A DNA stretch of 64,000 nucleotides from positions 27,094,001 to 27,158,000 of the forward strand of contig OZ116699.1 of NCBI GenBank assembly GCA_964199315.1, read 5' to 3'. The position numbers and the translations under genes were made by a program. This document shows, piece after piece, positions 1-12,319 of this stretch. The notes under the pieces are model-generated. The model worked only from the letters and a program-made list of their open reading frames with translations, did not search any database and was not told where the DNA came from. Source of the DNA: Orbicella franksi (lineage: Eukaryota). Position 1 is the stretch's first letter; every line of letters begins with the position of its first letter.

Positions 1-1472
1 AGGTTGATAGTAGTTGCTCATAATCCTAATTTCTTCACCTTTTCCTTTTAGTTACATGTACATGTATTGGTTTGGAATTACTACATTGTCTGCCTCCTTT
101 ATGATCCGCCAGGGTGTTTAGTTTGGTTTTTTTTTTTTACACTCAAATGAAAACTGTCATAGACTTCAATTTAATAATTAATTACTTCATTTTAATAATT
201 TGTCTTCATTGTATATTATTTGTTAACATTTGTTGCACCTGAACACAATGTGCAAGTTATAGTTAAAGTAATAAAAGATGCAGGTAACTGATTTAAATTC
301 ACTTTTTTTAAATTGCAATGAGTTGTAATTCATGGAGTTATTTCAATTAACCTGATGAATATAGAACATATGTAGTTTTCATTATCTAGTTTAACCATGT
401 TTTGAAATAGGAATGTAATTAACTGATATTTGTTGCAACTGAACATAGCTAGTTAAAGTCAGAAAAGCTGCAAGTAATTTATTTCATTATAACTTTATCA
501 ATTATGAGAAATATTTTTTTCCGGATGAGTGATTTCTATCTCTGATTATCTCTAGGTAAGAGACTTTGTTGTTAGTAGCCTTTTTTTAAATTTCTAACTT
601 AATATTTTTACTGATAAGTATATGTTGGCAATAAACGTTCTCAGCAGATATGAACCGTTGCATGTACTTGTTATTGTGTGACTTTTTTTGTACACTTGTC
701 GCTAGCTACTCTGGAGTGGCAGGGAGGGTAGGTGGATGGGAAGATGACAATGCCATGCCTCACTGCAAGTCTTCTTTTTGACCCAGGACAATACCTGACA
801 AATTATTATTGTTTTATGCCCCATTTTACAGAGAGTTGCAACCTGCATATAACATACTATCATGAAGATTTTCCCAAAAAAAGCTTAAGCTTACTTGAAC
901 TTGCAAAAACCTTATAGTAAGCTTGAAATTTAATTACACACCAGCACAGACTCTGCCTTTGCACAAGAATAAAAACCCGAATATGTTGTCTGCAAAGTAT
1001 CAAAAGAGGCAGTTCCTTACCTAGTCTTATTCTCTTTACATTTGAACAATTTAATTCTTAACTACAACATACTTTTAAGAATTTTAAATATATACATTAT
1101 TTAAAGAGGAGAATATACATGACCGTTACTTTTAAAGCTGAGCCGAATAAGTACTTACACATATTAATTTACATTTTATCTATACTTGCTGCCAGACCCT
1201 TACTGGTAAATTTTCCCAACGAAACTTACTTCAAGTTCGAGCTCAAACGAATGAGGCCCATGTTACATACACGGCAAAGTCCAACGGAAATACTTATTTC
1301 GGCTGTACAATTTCTGGATCCCATTTTCTTTCTACGAGGGGCTCACAAACAACGAGAAATAGTTTCTTCACCAGTCTACCTCGGGTGAGATGTCACGTTA
1401 TCTGTACCAGTCTCTTTTTACTATCGAAAATCAAACGTATTGAACAAGACGATTTTTATCGAACTCCATAAC

Positions 1473-1600
1473 AATCCACCTCGATGAAAAGGAATCCAAC
1501 TCGATAAAAAGAACTCCACCTCGATAAAAGTAATCCACCTCCATAACAAGTCGATTAAAAGTAATCCACCTCGATTAAAAGTAATCGACCTCGATGTAAA
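1473..1600. repeat. Degenerate ~20-bp tandem repeat, about 6 copies
   Basis: Recurrent unit ATCCACCTCGAT(A/G/T)AAAAG(T/G)A with substitutions. Confidence 0.85.
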
Positions 1601-1787
1601 AATCATCGTGGTGGATGTAATTGTATCGTGCACGAATTGTTTTTCGTACTCGATCATATTTTATCATGGTCGGTTGCCCAGAAACAAAAATTGATCCCTT
1701 AAATTTTGGGTGGCCGCTTAATAGGGGTAAAGACAATAATGAAACCCTTATCGGAATGACCAAATGATGGCCGTGGAGGTAACCGGT

Positions 1788-1874
1788 CCCGGGGGGGGGG
1801 GGACACTGCCATATATGGGTGATATAGGTATGTGCCGCTGTGAAGGGTATGGTTTTCAAGCAGTTTACCCTAGG

Positions 1875-1908
<34 letters not shown>

Positions 1909-2104
1909 GTAGGGTATCATTTTTCACAAAACTGACTGGTTGGTTGAAGATTTTATCTTGAGTAAGGAAACCAGGAATTGCCACTCAAAAATATAAAACA
2001 AATCAAATCGGTAAGTTTAAATTTAGGCAAATCAGCCTCAACAGTGTTGATAGATGGGGGGATTTGGGGAGTTTACTCTAGTATAGGGTAGCAAAATTCA
2101 GCTG

Positions 2105-2135
<31 letters not shown>

Positions 2136-2195
2136 GGTCCCAGCGGCACATCCCCACCCAGAAATTCCCAAAGTACCCCCCCCCCCCACCCCTGG
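1788..2195. mobile_element. Non-autonomous DNA transposon (MITE), hAT-like by its 8-bp TSD
   Basis: Starts CCCG(G)n..CACT, ends AGTAC(C)n..CCTGG (imperfect TIRs); identical 8-bp flanks TAACCGGT at 1780-1787 and 2196-2203. Confidence 0.85.
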
Positions 2196-3761
2196 TAACC
2201 GGTCAATAGGTGTTTTATTTACAATATTTTACTGACGATAATTTTGGACTGTATTGACAACAGTCCTCTATTTTCTGTTACATACCAATGCCTCGCCGCT
2301 AAGCAAACAAAATACGCCAAATAAAATGGCATGGCCAGGGCCATTCACTCACGTAATTACTAATTAAATTTAGTCTGTTTTTCTCACGAATTAGACACGT
2401 TGTGATTTCCTATTTTTATTTCAGCTAGTTCTTGCTTCATTAATCTATAATTTTTTTATGGCGATTTTCTTAAAATCCTAGGGAGTACAGACACTAGCTT
2501 TATCAGCTGTTGTCTGAAACATCAGAACGTACAACAAACGTGATTTGGACCGAGGCCACGTACACTGTAGAATACGATTAAATAAATACACACATATATT
2601 ATTATATATATGAAAAAACAGATGAACAATGATTAAATTGCTTCACTTATCCTGAGAGTACTCTATACAAAATAGATCAAAATGTGCAGCATATGCCGTG
2701 ACAGCATTGCGTGACGAACAATAACGGCTGTAAGATTGTGCTGTGCCGACACGCTTATCAGCAATGGTCAGCAATCGATCAAACACAATATTTTTGTGCA
2801 GCGCAAAGCAAGCAACTATCTACAAATGACTCAGCCGTTTTAGACTTAGATGCAGTAATGTTCATATGCGCAGAAAGATGGTCACAGATTCATAGTATTC
2901 GACCAATAATAGGTTGACAGTAGGTGATGTGCATCGGACGTTAACCTTGTGTAAACAAAAGCAAACATCTGCTTTATGTGCGACGAATGGTGAGAGAAAC
3001 ACGTCAAATCGGCTTTGGACCTGCTTTTTACAGCAAATAAGGTTAGAACATTTCGAAATTATCAGTTCTGTGTCTATTTCAGCTTAACATAGGTCAAGTC
3101 ATATGGCCCATGCTAAAATATACGTCTAACCCGTAAATTGAAATTTGACGACGGTGGTCAAATATTTGCATTTTTGACGTACTTTGAAAAGCTCTCGCGT
3201 TGCTCACAATCATTTGCCCAAAGAAACTTTTACAGGAATCTGTAGACCATCCTTCTGCGATTCAACCACCAGAAGCTTGATCTATTTGAAGGTTTCGCAC
3301 TTGGTGAAAATTAATTATATTCACGAAGTACTTTTAAGTGAATGAAATACATGTCTTCGAAATTTAATTATTTTGCACCCAAACACACAACACAACATTC
3401 CCTAAAATCAACCCAGTACACATGTAGACATTGCACAAAAATATTTGAGTGTTTTAAAGACGGAAGAATGATGTGGTTTTGCATGCGAGGCTCTCAAACT
3501 TGTTTAATAAAATGGTGCGTCAAATGACGATTTTAATGATATTTGGTAATTTGCATATTTCTTTGAAATAAAAGGATATTTTGCCAAAAAAAACTATCCA
3601 GTAGTTTTTGTCATGTCCTAGCCTATCTACCATAAGAATATGAGCGAAATCGAATTTTCGACTCTTGCCGCGAAATTAAGAATTTGTCTGATTTTTACGG
3701 GCAGGCATCTTAATTTCCTTTGTTTTTAAATAATTTAACAAGATTACCGCTGCCATATGTT

Positions 3762-4905
3762 TCAATGAATGAGTTGCCAGTAATCGGATACCCGTGTTTG
3801 CGCAAAGAACTTTGGGATCGTCAGGGGGCAAACATTGCAAGTCGCTAGAAGGAAATGTATGGCAAAAAGTTGTTTTGACGCCCAAAAACATGGTTTTGGG
3901 GAGAGATCAACGCTTTTTCGCCGTTGTTTTATCGCAAATGGATTTTGGCAATGTTGATACATGGAAAATGTAAGATTTTGTTTGAATAACCGTGAAATAA
4001 GTGAAATTAAACTCCCTTTTGCTTGCGTGAGGTTTATTGTGAAATACATTGAAGAGAATATTGAAAATTTCAATACACGCCTGATCTCGAGAGGCTACCC
4101 GGAGCAAATGGTAGAAAAGACACTCCGAGAAGTTAAATATAAAGACAGAAAAAAGCTGTAAAACAGAAATCGAAAATTGCAGAAGGAACTACTACCCTTT
4201 GTGTCGGGCAATTTCACTCAACCGTCAATACCAAACTTTGGAAAGCATAATCACGCACAAATGGCACTTTTAAATACAAATACTCAGAGATGTATTCAAG
4301 GAGCCACCCTTGATCTGTTATAGAAAAGGAAAATCACTGAAATACGTGCTTGTAAAAGTAAAACAAAGGCTTTGAGCAACACAGCAGCCACACAGCATGA
4401 GTCACGCGGACTCATTTGTCATTAAATCAACCCCAGACAGTACAATGATCGCGACCGGGCTTATTTCCGGTATTATTTGTATGACTGAGCTTTCAAATAA
4501 GCCAAAAGTAGCCTGTACACAACTTAAAAGGCCTTACTGGGTTATTTCCTCTCGATTTTCACCTAATTAATTTTGTAATATTTTCAGACCATTACGCGAT
4601 GTAAATTTCACAATTAAACCTCACGCAAGCAACGGAGTTTATCGGTAGGTTTTATCACATATTTCACGGTTATTCAAACAAAAACTTACATATTCCAAAT
4701 ATCAACATTGCCCAAATCCATTCGCGATAAAAACGACGGCGAAAAAGCGTTGATCTCTCTCAAAAATCATTTTCTTGTACCTCGAAACAACTTTTCGTCA
4801 TACATTTCCTTCCAGCGACTAGCAGTGTTTGCCTCCTGACGATCCCAGAGTTCTTGGCGCAAACACGGGTATCCGATTACTGGCAACTCATTCATTCAAT
4901 GAAGT
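3762..4905 (+). mobile_element. Penelope-like retroelement relic with inverted terminal repeat arms
   Basis: 3762-4048 is an imperfect reverse complement (~290 bp) of ~4582-4905; a PLE-type coding remnant lies between the arms. Confidence 0.75.
4049..4375 (+). pseudogene. C-terminal remnant of a Penelope-like RT/linker region
   Basis: Peptides ENFNTRLISRGYPEQMVEK, LLPFV, HKWH, FKEPPLICYRKGKSLKYVLVK resemble the PLE post-RT linker; interrupted by stops and frameshifts. Confidence 0.7.
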
Positions 4906-6048
4906 TTTGACCTACTTGTTTATCTTCTGTGAGTTTCACCATTTCAGTCCATTTTCATCGGCTCTTCAGATTTGTTTCTGAAGTCCGTTCTGATTCACGG
5001 TCGTAAGGAGCAAGCTCCCAAGAAGGTCTTCCATGCACGGACCTTTCACTGCCGCACCGAAAAATACTGAAACCTAATAAAATTGTCTTGGACGACATTG
5101 ATTTGAGATCGCCTGCTCGTCTCACCTTTTTGCAATTTGACAGCTTACGCGACACATGTGCACTCATGCCGCTCGACATTTCATGACCTATGACGTAACC
5201 ACTGTAAACGGGTTTACTATTTGACCGGAAGTAAGCCTGTTTTTCAGCCCAAGGGCAAATTTTCATTTGCTTGTTTGCTCAGAAGTGACTGAGAAGACGT
5301 TAAATGCAAGTCAAATATATTTTGGGTTCTTGTTTTTGAAAGTATTCTAACGCATTGTTGAATTAAAAAAAATTAGCGTTTCGCATTTCTCTCCTGCTTC
5401 CCGCCCTTTCCTCTCCCGCCTCCCATACCCCTCCTGCCCCCTATTCTCCCGGGCTTCCACCCCCCTGTCCCCCCCCCCCCCCACATTAGCTGGTTTGTTG
5501 AAAATAGCGGAACCGGAAATGCCCCTACGGTCATTTAATATGCAAAACGATGTCATGTGACGAAAATTCATTCGAGCATGACAAGGAAACAAGCAGTTCT
5601 GAAGTCACAACGAAAACAGTCTACTTCATGCATAAAAGTTCCATTCTCGTCACCTGAATCAATTCAAAGTTACCCGCAAAAAGAAAATAACAACAACCTC
5701 AATAACCCATCGGAGATGGGGGCGGCTCAGTGTTTTAGGGGTCAAAAACCAGTTTTGTTACAACTTAGGGTCCACAGGGAGGTCTTTTGCAGTACCTTTT
5801 AGGGTGTTGAGCCGAAAAAATATGACAGGACCTTAAGTGTTGTTTTAGAATCGGTACCTCTTAGGGATAGAAAAAAATTCAAGCCATGCCCATGAAACAG
5901 GATTTTGGTCCCAAGAGGGGAGGGGGGAGGGTAATATAGGTATGTGTGGTCTATCTTTTTCAGGTGGCTCGAATATGCTGATCATCATTCAGAAACTGTA
6001 ATTAGTAGTTTTTCGGCATTAATATTAAATAATAAATGATTGAAATAG

Positions 6049-6269
6049 GGATCAGGTTTACTAAAGGCATCTTCAGTCAATCAATACCAGTTGGTTGACC
6101 CTCGATCAACCCCCAGTCAATACTTGATTGACACTGGAGCAATACCTCAGTTGACACTCAATCGACACTCGATCAAGTGTTGATTGAGATGTGGATTGAG
6201 TGTTGATCGATGGTCAATCGCGGGTATCAGCTGACACTCAACCACAGATACCTATAGTGCACATGATCC
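6049..6269. mobile_element. MITE with internal TCGA/TCAA-rich subrepeats
   Basis: TIRs GGATCAGGTTTACTAAAGGCATCT / AGATACCTATAGTGCACATGATCC; near-identical 8-bp flanks TGAAATAG and AGAAATAG. Confidence 0.7.
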
Positions 6270-6289
6270 AGAAATAGCATCGACTGAAA

Positions 6290-6372
6290 ACTTGGAACCC
6301 ATGACCCTCCATGATCTTGCCAGAAACTCTAACCACTGAGCTACTGGAGATTCTATGGTGAGCAAGGGTGAA
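6290..6372 (-). mobile_element. tRNA-derived SINE-like head, degenerate
   Basis: Minus strand reads AGTAGCTCAGTGGTTAGAG (A-box like) ... GGGTTCCAAGT (decayed B box); no intact cloverleaf. Confidence 0.5.
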
Positions 6373-6438
6373 ATGTGGTTCCAAAAATTTTGCTCTGAGT
6401 AAAATACAGAAATAAATAAATAAATAACACAGAGACAA

Positions 6439-6694
6439 GGGGTACTTACCATTTACATGGGAAAACTGGAAATTCCAGTTGGAAAATCAAATGGTTTGCA
6501 CCCTTCTGTTTGGGAAGCTTTGGAAAGTATGGGCTGTGATTTGAGGTGATGCTATTTTCCTGCTCTTTTAAGTCTCTCTAGCTGATGTGGATATACTTTA
6601 TAGTGATTCCCTCTCCCACAACGTCGCATTTAACTGTTTAATGTTTATACCTGAAATTTCCAGCTGGATGGTTTTTGTAAATGGTAAGCACCCC
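6439..6694. mobile_element. MITE (PIF/Harbinger-like G-rich termini)
   Basis: 18-bp TIRs GGGGTACTTACCATTTAC / GTAAATGGTAAGCACCCC with one mismatch; TSD not clear. Confidence 0.7.
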
Positions 6695-7120
6695 TACAGT
6701 AGTGAAAAGTTTGTCCAGTATCATTTATCCTTATTTACATAATTAATAATTAATTATTATACCTTTCTTAAAAACAATAATAATATTAGTGTCTGTCACT
6801 TGCTTCAAATAATCCTTGTTTAGGTTGCTCCACATTTTTACACCACAATAATGTAAGGAAGCTGGCAACTGGCAGCAATTCTACAAGATGGAATATTAAG
6901 GCTGCCCCAACACAAACTTTAGTGCTTACAATGCTTAAAGTGCTTCTAAAACATTTCCTATTTCTTACCAGGTAGAAAATAGAATTGACAATTTAGTCTA
7001 TGTGTTGAGTCTTGTATCATGGAAAAAAAAATTCACTTTGAGACATGAGATCTCATATAAGGTGAGATCTCTTTGTTTGGTTAGATTGGTTATCAATTAG
7101 TTCTTATTAACCAAGCAGGA

Positions 7121-7189
7121 GGTCTGTATGGGAGAATCTTGACCGAGGTTGTGAGTACAGACCAAGGTCAAGATTCTCCCATACAGACC
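7121..7189. repeat. Perfect 24-bp inverted repeat (hairpin) within a dispersed repeat element
   Basis: GGTCTGTATGGGAGAATCTTGACC (7121-7144) pairs with 7166-7189. Confidence 0.85.
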
Positions 7190-7992
7190 GACTTAGCTCG
7201 TTTAATAAGATGTTTATTGTATGGCAAAGAAGAAAACTTTAATTCGTTCAATAGAACTGGTTTGCTTGCAAACGGAGATGGGCTTAACTTAAACCTGCCA
7301 AAATTTGCTCGTCCTCTTTACTTTTTTTTTTTTTTGTCGTCAGGCTTTTTGGCACTTCCATAAATGATTGAGAAGAAAACAAAAGAAAACGGTGAACATT
7401 TTTGTATTTTAGTTTGGTACTTTTTCAACGCAAAATGAAACCGGTCTAGACGCCGGTCTAGATGGGAAAATCTAGACCGCAGTCAATATCGATTTCAGCC
7501 AATCAAATTCGTGAATTCGGTAGTTCCCAGTCCTTGTGAGACACAGCCATATAATAATAATATATAGTACTTTTGCAACATGTACCTGAACTAGGAATAA
7601 TCATAATTTCCTCAAATGTGATGGGTGCATAAACTGCTGTATTTTGCACTAACTAATCTGCAAAGTTGTAACTGGACAGCTGGCTGTAATCGGACACCTG
7701 TTATCAGACAGTTACATGAGCCAATGATTTTAAGTCCTCCACTAAATCCACCAATCACAACATTGATTACAATCACTATGGTAACCAATTTACAAGACTG
7801 ACTTTGTAAAATTGTGGAGGTTTAGTCTTCAGTGACTGTTTTGAACGAAACTAAACAGCCATTTTGCAAGCTATTTTCCATATTTTTCATTATATTTTAA
7901 AATGACTATGAAAAGCTCTTTTTCAATTGAAAATTTTACTTTTGTGGAAAATTATAATTGTTACGATTAATTGGTAACAGGACATCATGTCG

Positions 7993-8094
7993 TCCAATTC
8001 AGTCTGTAATCATACTCGTGATTAACAAATTAGACTCCCGCTTCGCAGTCGTCCAATTTTGTTAATCACTCGTATGATTACAGAATGAATTGGA
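7993..8094. repeat. Imperfect ~36-bp inverted repeat (terminal hairpin of a dispersed element)
   Basis: TCCAATTCAGTCTGTAATCATACTCGTGATTAACAAA versus TTTGTTAATCACTCGTATGATTACAGAATGAATTGGA. Confidence 0.8.
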
Positions 8095-8419
8095 CTTCAG
8101 TCAGTCCTATTACCATTATTAATAAGACACAAATCTAGCAAAAATGAATTGAACAGGAAAGTGGTTGTATCACTGTTGACTTGTTCAGCTGTTTCAAGAA
8201 TCTTTTGTTGCATGGATGTGACGAGATAACCTAGCACTGCCTGGGGTATCTTGTTGAAGAATTTTCATTTGTGGGGGAGGGATCCAAGTGAATTTCTTTC
8301 CACTGCATGCACCAGACTTCAATCTTTGACCATTTAGCTTTGGGCTATTTAGCTCTAATTTGTTATTTTGGAAATGGATGAGACACGGTGGTCTCAATGA
8401 AATTCAATTCAATTTTAAT

Positions 8420-8600
8420 TCAAACTCTCATAAATGGTTGGTGCTCTGGACTGTACATCAAGCAGTCTCATTTGGTTTGTTCTTGGGCAAGACACTTGAC
8501 TCTCCCAGTGCGTCTCACCACCCAGATGTACAATTGGTACTTGGTGAATTCAATGCTGGGGGCTAAATACTGTGTAGTAGACCAGCATCCCATCTAGGAC
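8420..8600 (+). mobile_element. Decayed SINE body
   Basis: TTCTTGGGCAAGACACTT..CCACCCAGATGTACAATTGGTAC..AATGCTGGGGG..CTAGCATCCCATC-like string resembles the conserved central domain of tRNA-derived SINEs (from memory). Confidence 0.5.
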
Positions 8601-9994
8601 TGCAAGGAGAGCTCAGGAGAAATACTCTTTCTCATACTACTCTTCCAACACCAGCATAAGCTGCAGTGTTTTGAATAGAATCACTTGGCTGGGCACAGAT
8701 TCTACCTTACCTTCACTGTCAAATGTCTCCCCTAGTAGGGTTGAAACTTTTTTGAAAAAATTTGATTACTTATTTTTAAATGTGTAGGTTGTAAAATATC
8801 TATTAGGCCATGAGGCCACCTACTAGTCCATGCAAGCACTTACAACTGTTGTGGCTTGCCAAAAGAGTTTTGCTATTCAAGTTTGCTACCACCTTCTACC
8901 AATAGACCCTCTATAACGATGGCATCACAAATCCACTCAAAGATGACTTTGAACAGAAAGTCAGCATAGACCGGTACTCGAACCCAGGGCCTTCATGGAC
9001 TCCATGGAGTAATGTTGTAATCAGCTGGGCTATTATGTGTTACAAACCTACACAGTAACTAAATATACATAAACGTATCTGGTTTGCTAGTATGCTGAGC
9101 TTGAAGGTTTTTGTCTTACTAATGCACAAAAGACATGCTTTGAAAGCATGAATTTTTTTATACATTTATATGTACCTATGAGGAATTGAACTGAGCTAAA
9201 AAGAAATGTTGACTTTTATTGATTTATTATTAGTTCATTATTGCAACAAAGTGACTAAATCTGCTATGATCATACTGTTAATCTTCTTACTTAAATTTTA
9301 CTCACAATTTGTTGTCACATAGTGTAAGCTCTTAGGCAAACAAAATTAGCAAGTACACATGGATAAAAGAGAAATAATAAAAAAGCCAGTTTCTAAAAGC
9401 TTATGATGATTGAAATAGGCTAAAAGCATAGGGTTTGATGTTTTCCATATCATGAAGGCTATGATTAGTAACAATATTGTCAAAATTGAAATAGTGGAAA
9501 AAGTGCAGCTTGTTATTCGGCAAACTTTATAAGCTTTACATGCTAATTATACACTTACTAAATTTTTGATACTGCAGTGGTGGTAGAATTTCAAATAAAA
9601 AAAGCTACAGGTATAACAGTGAGTACATAAATGATTCAAACTTTTACTGCATGTTAATATCATCTATCATCTACTGTAGTTGGCTAGCAAAAAAAACATG
9701 GAAGATTTTTTCAGTTTTCATAGATCTTGAAGCAATGCAGATAAGAATAGTCTCCAATGCTGAATTGAATGAAGCAAATTTTATAGTAAGAATGCATCTC
9801 AAGCACTGATGCTTTAAAGTAGCAAGGATTAAACTTTCTTGAAACTAGAAATGTGCCTAATATAAACTTTCTGATGGTACATACTTGTACTTAATGCTGA
9901 CTTGGTGATAATTTTGTCCAAAAATTGCCAGTAATAATTGAAAATTGATAATGAACCACACTTCCCTCTTATGCTGGATTTTATGTCTTCACTC

Positions 9995-11927
9995 TTAGTT
10001 TTGTAAAAAAGCCCCGACAATGCGAAGTGAAGGCTTTTGCTCACCAGGAGCACGTCTGGCATCTGCCGGTGCAACAAGATCTTTGCCAGCGAGCACGTCT
10101 CTTTTGTACTTGCCAGTCAACCCATCCTTGTGCACAAGGTGCACCTCTAGGTTCTGGGGGTCGTACACAGCACTGTCATCTGCTCTGATTGGAATGGAGA
10201 TGTGAGCCATACTGCGTCCCTGGCAGTTAGCACAGTTGCTTCTGTTCCACCTGGACAGAACACCACCCTGTCCCAGATAGTAGAGCTTTCCAGAGGCTCT
10301 GTAGAACACTTGCAAAAGGAAAGATCCTGAAATCTTGTCCTTGTTGACATCCTTGACCTGAACAAAATTTTGGAAGTTGATAGACACTCCCTTGATTGTA
10401 TTGTAGGTAGGACCAGTTGGGCATATGGGGATGTGACAATCAGGAAAAGCTTGAGGTGCCTTCATTGCGGAGACAGCAGATGAAGTGAACTGAGTACGGT
10501 CAAATATCATTCGGAGGCGTTGGCGACCAGTTGCAGCAGGGGCAGTGGCAAGTATGTTTAAGGTTTCCTTTCCCAGCTTATCAAGAATGTCTTGCCAGGG
10601 TGTGCTTGGCTTATCTAGCAGGGAGACTTTCTTCACTTCTTCAGGTTCAGGCCAGGTAGCTTGATCCAGTGAGCCAATGGAGTAATCATAATCAAGCTGA
10701 GAGACAATGTTGATGCAATCCCTGGATGTTCGAGGGACACCGTACTCATCTTGAAACGGGTAAAGAATGGTCTTCTTGTTTAGCTTTTGGCCCCATGTCT
10801 GGTTGGGAGTAGCACCTTGGTTGCTGTTCGAGATGCCTTGGTCCTTTTCATCACTGTTGTCAATGGTGAATGTGTACGGATCTGTCTTCTTATGCTTCTT
10901 CTGCCAGACCCAAAGCATGCGATCAATGTTGCAGTGATGCAAGAAGAAAACTGGGTCGAACGAAGCCACCTCATTTGCACCCATGTCACCATTTGCTCCC
11001 TCAATTGGACCATTCCAGCTGAAGTTGCCCTGGGCATCCCGTTTGACGCTTCCATCTTCATTAGTGTCCGGTTGTGTGAATCCACCTATGGCCAAATGTA
11101 GGTCATTATGTGGCTGCTCAAGTGAAACATCAGGACTTTGAACAGATGACGTGTTTGAGAATGGATTGTAATCTGTTGTATCAAGGCAATCTTCCAACTG
11201 CTCGGCAACACCTCTACGATTTCTACCACCATTACTTAGCCAGCCGATGATGTTTGCTTGCAAAAGGGATTGTGCTGTTTCATTTCTCCCATCGATCTTG
11301 TCGTTGTGATCTAAAGCGGCCGCCTTAGCTTCATCAGGACTTCGGATGCCCGAGTATGGATACCTGCAGGTGTCATAGCCAGCTTCTTTCTCATAAAACT
11401 GGCTATTTTCATCACTGGTTGAAACAACATCTTTGATGGGCACGGGCAGCTTGAATTTGAACAGGGGATTTGGCACATACTCTCCATCAATGTGCACATA
11501 CTCGGCTGTGACTATGTGGGGCAGACCCTCCGACTTGCTTTCTTTGCTTGATGCATCCCAGTAGTGCAATGCCACTCGTTCTTTCCCCCTTTCCAGTACT
11601 GACTGCAGTGCCTGTTCTAAACGAAGGCAATAAAATCGGTGCCAAAATGGGAAGAGAACATTGCCATGTTGGCAGTAGCCACCCCACGTTGTCGGTTCTT
11701 GATCCTCATCCTTACCAGTGCCACTGGAGTCCTCCTCACTCTCATCCCCACACAGTGCAACTCGACGTTCTTTGAATGGCATGCCATGGTATGATGCTAT
11801 TGACCAGAATGAGTTCGGATTAGTTGGTGGCAGTTCCTGAATTAGTTTCCATGCCTTGAGAAAGTCATTCCTCTTCTCAGCATTACATTTCTTATCTAGT
11901 TCACGAAGAGACAGTCGAATAACATTT
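9995..11927 (-). CDS. Tyrosinase (type-3 copper protein), fungal/bacterial MelB type; main coding exon
   Basis: CuA motifs YHGMPF, GGYCQHGNVLFPFWHR; CuB motifs PHNDLH, SFDPVFFLHHCNIDR; YxY (YDY) core-end motif; C-terminal VLSRW..CANC. Acceptor CTTTCTATTTCTCTTACAG precedes 11927; stop at 9995. Confidence 0.95.
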
Positions 11928-12319
11928 CTGTAAGAGAAATAGAAAGTCAAAGTGAGGATAATAGGTACTTGTTTTCTCAACCGATAGTAAAGTGCTCATG
12001 CAAAGATGAATTCAGTGGCTCAACTCATTGTATGGCAAATTACTCTGAGCATCAATATTTGAGCAACTGAAAGCATGTATTCAATCACACAGGGTTAGAT
12101 AAGATGGCACCAGAGTGATTGAGTGGTCAAACGATTGGCAGTAAGAATGTTTTTAACATATGTAGACATCGCCCTCTTTTTCGCAAGGATTGGTCAACAC
12201 AGTAAAAAATATAAGCGCTGTTTGATCATGAAACATATGCACATAACGGGAGTTTGTATGATCTTTTAACACCAGGAAAAAAATGCATCAACATTAATAA
12301 AAGATTCAAAAACCATTGG

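Noticed and set aside
2470-3712. TTAA-flanked DNA transposon
   Set aside because: The right end GGGCAGGCATCTTAA looks terminal, but no matching left TIR was found
4955-5266. 103-aa minus-strand ORF
   Set aside because: No motif or splice context recognised
6290-6372. Functional tRNA gene
   Set aside because: B box and acceptor stem are degenerate; no cloverleaf
11928-11980. N terminus MRKQVPIILTLTFYFSY of the 661-aa ORF as a possible signal peptide
   Set aside because: Starts at TTG and corresponds to the intron polypyrimidine tract and acceptor; the true start is the exon at 14284
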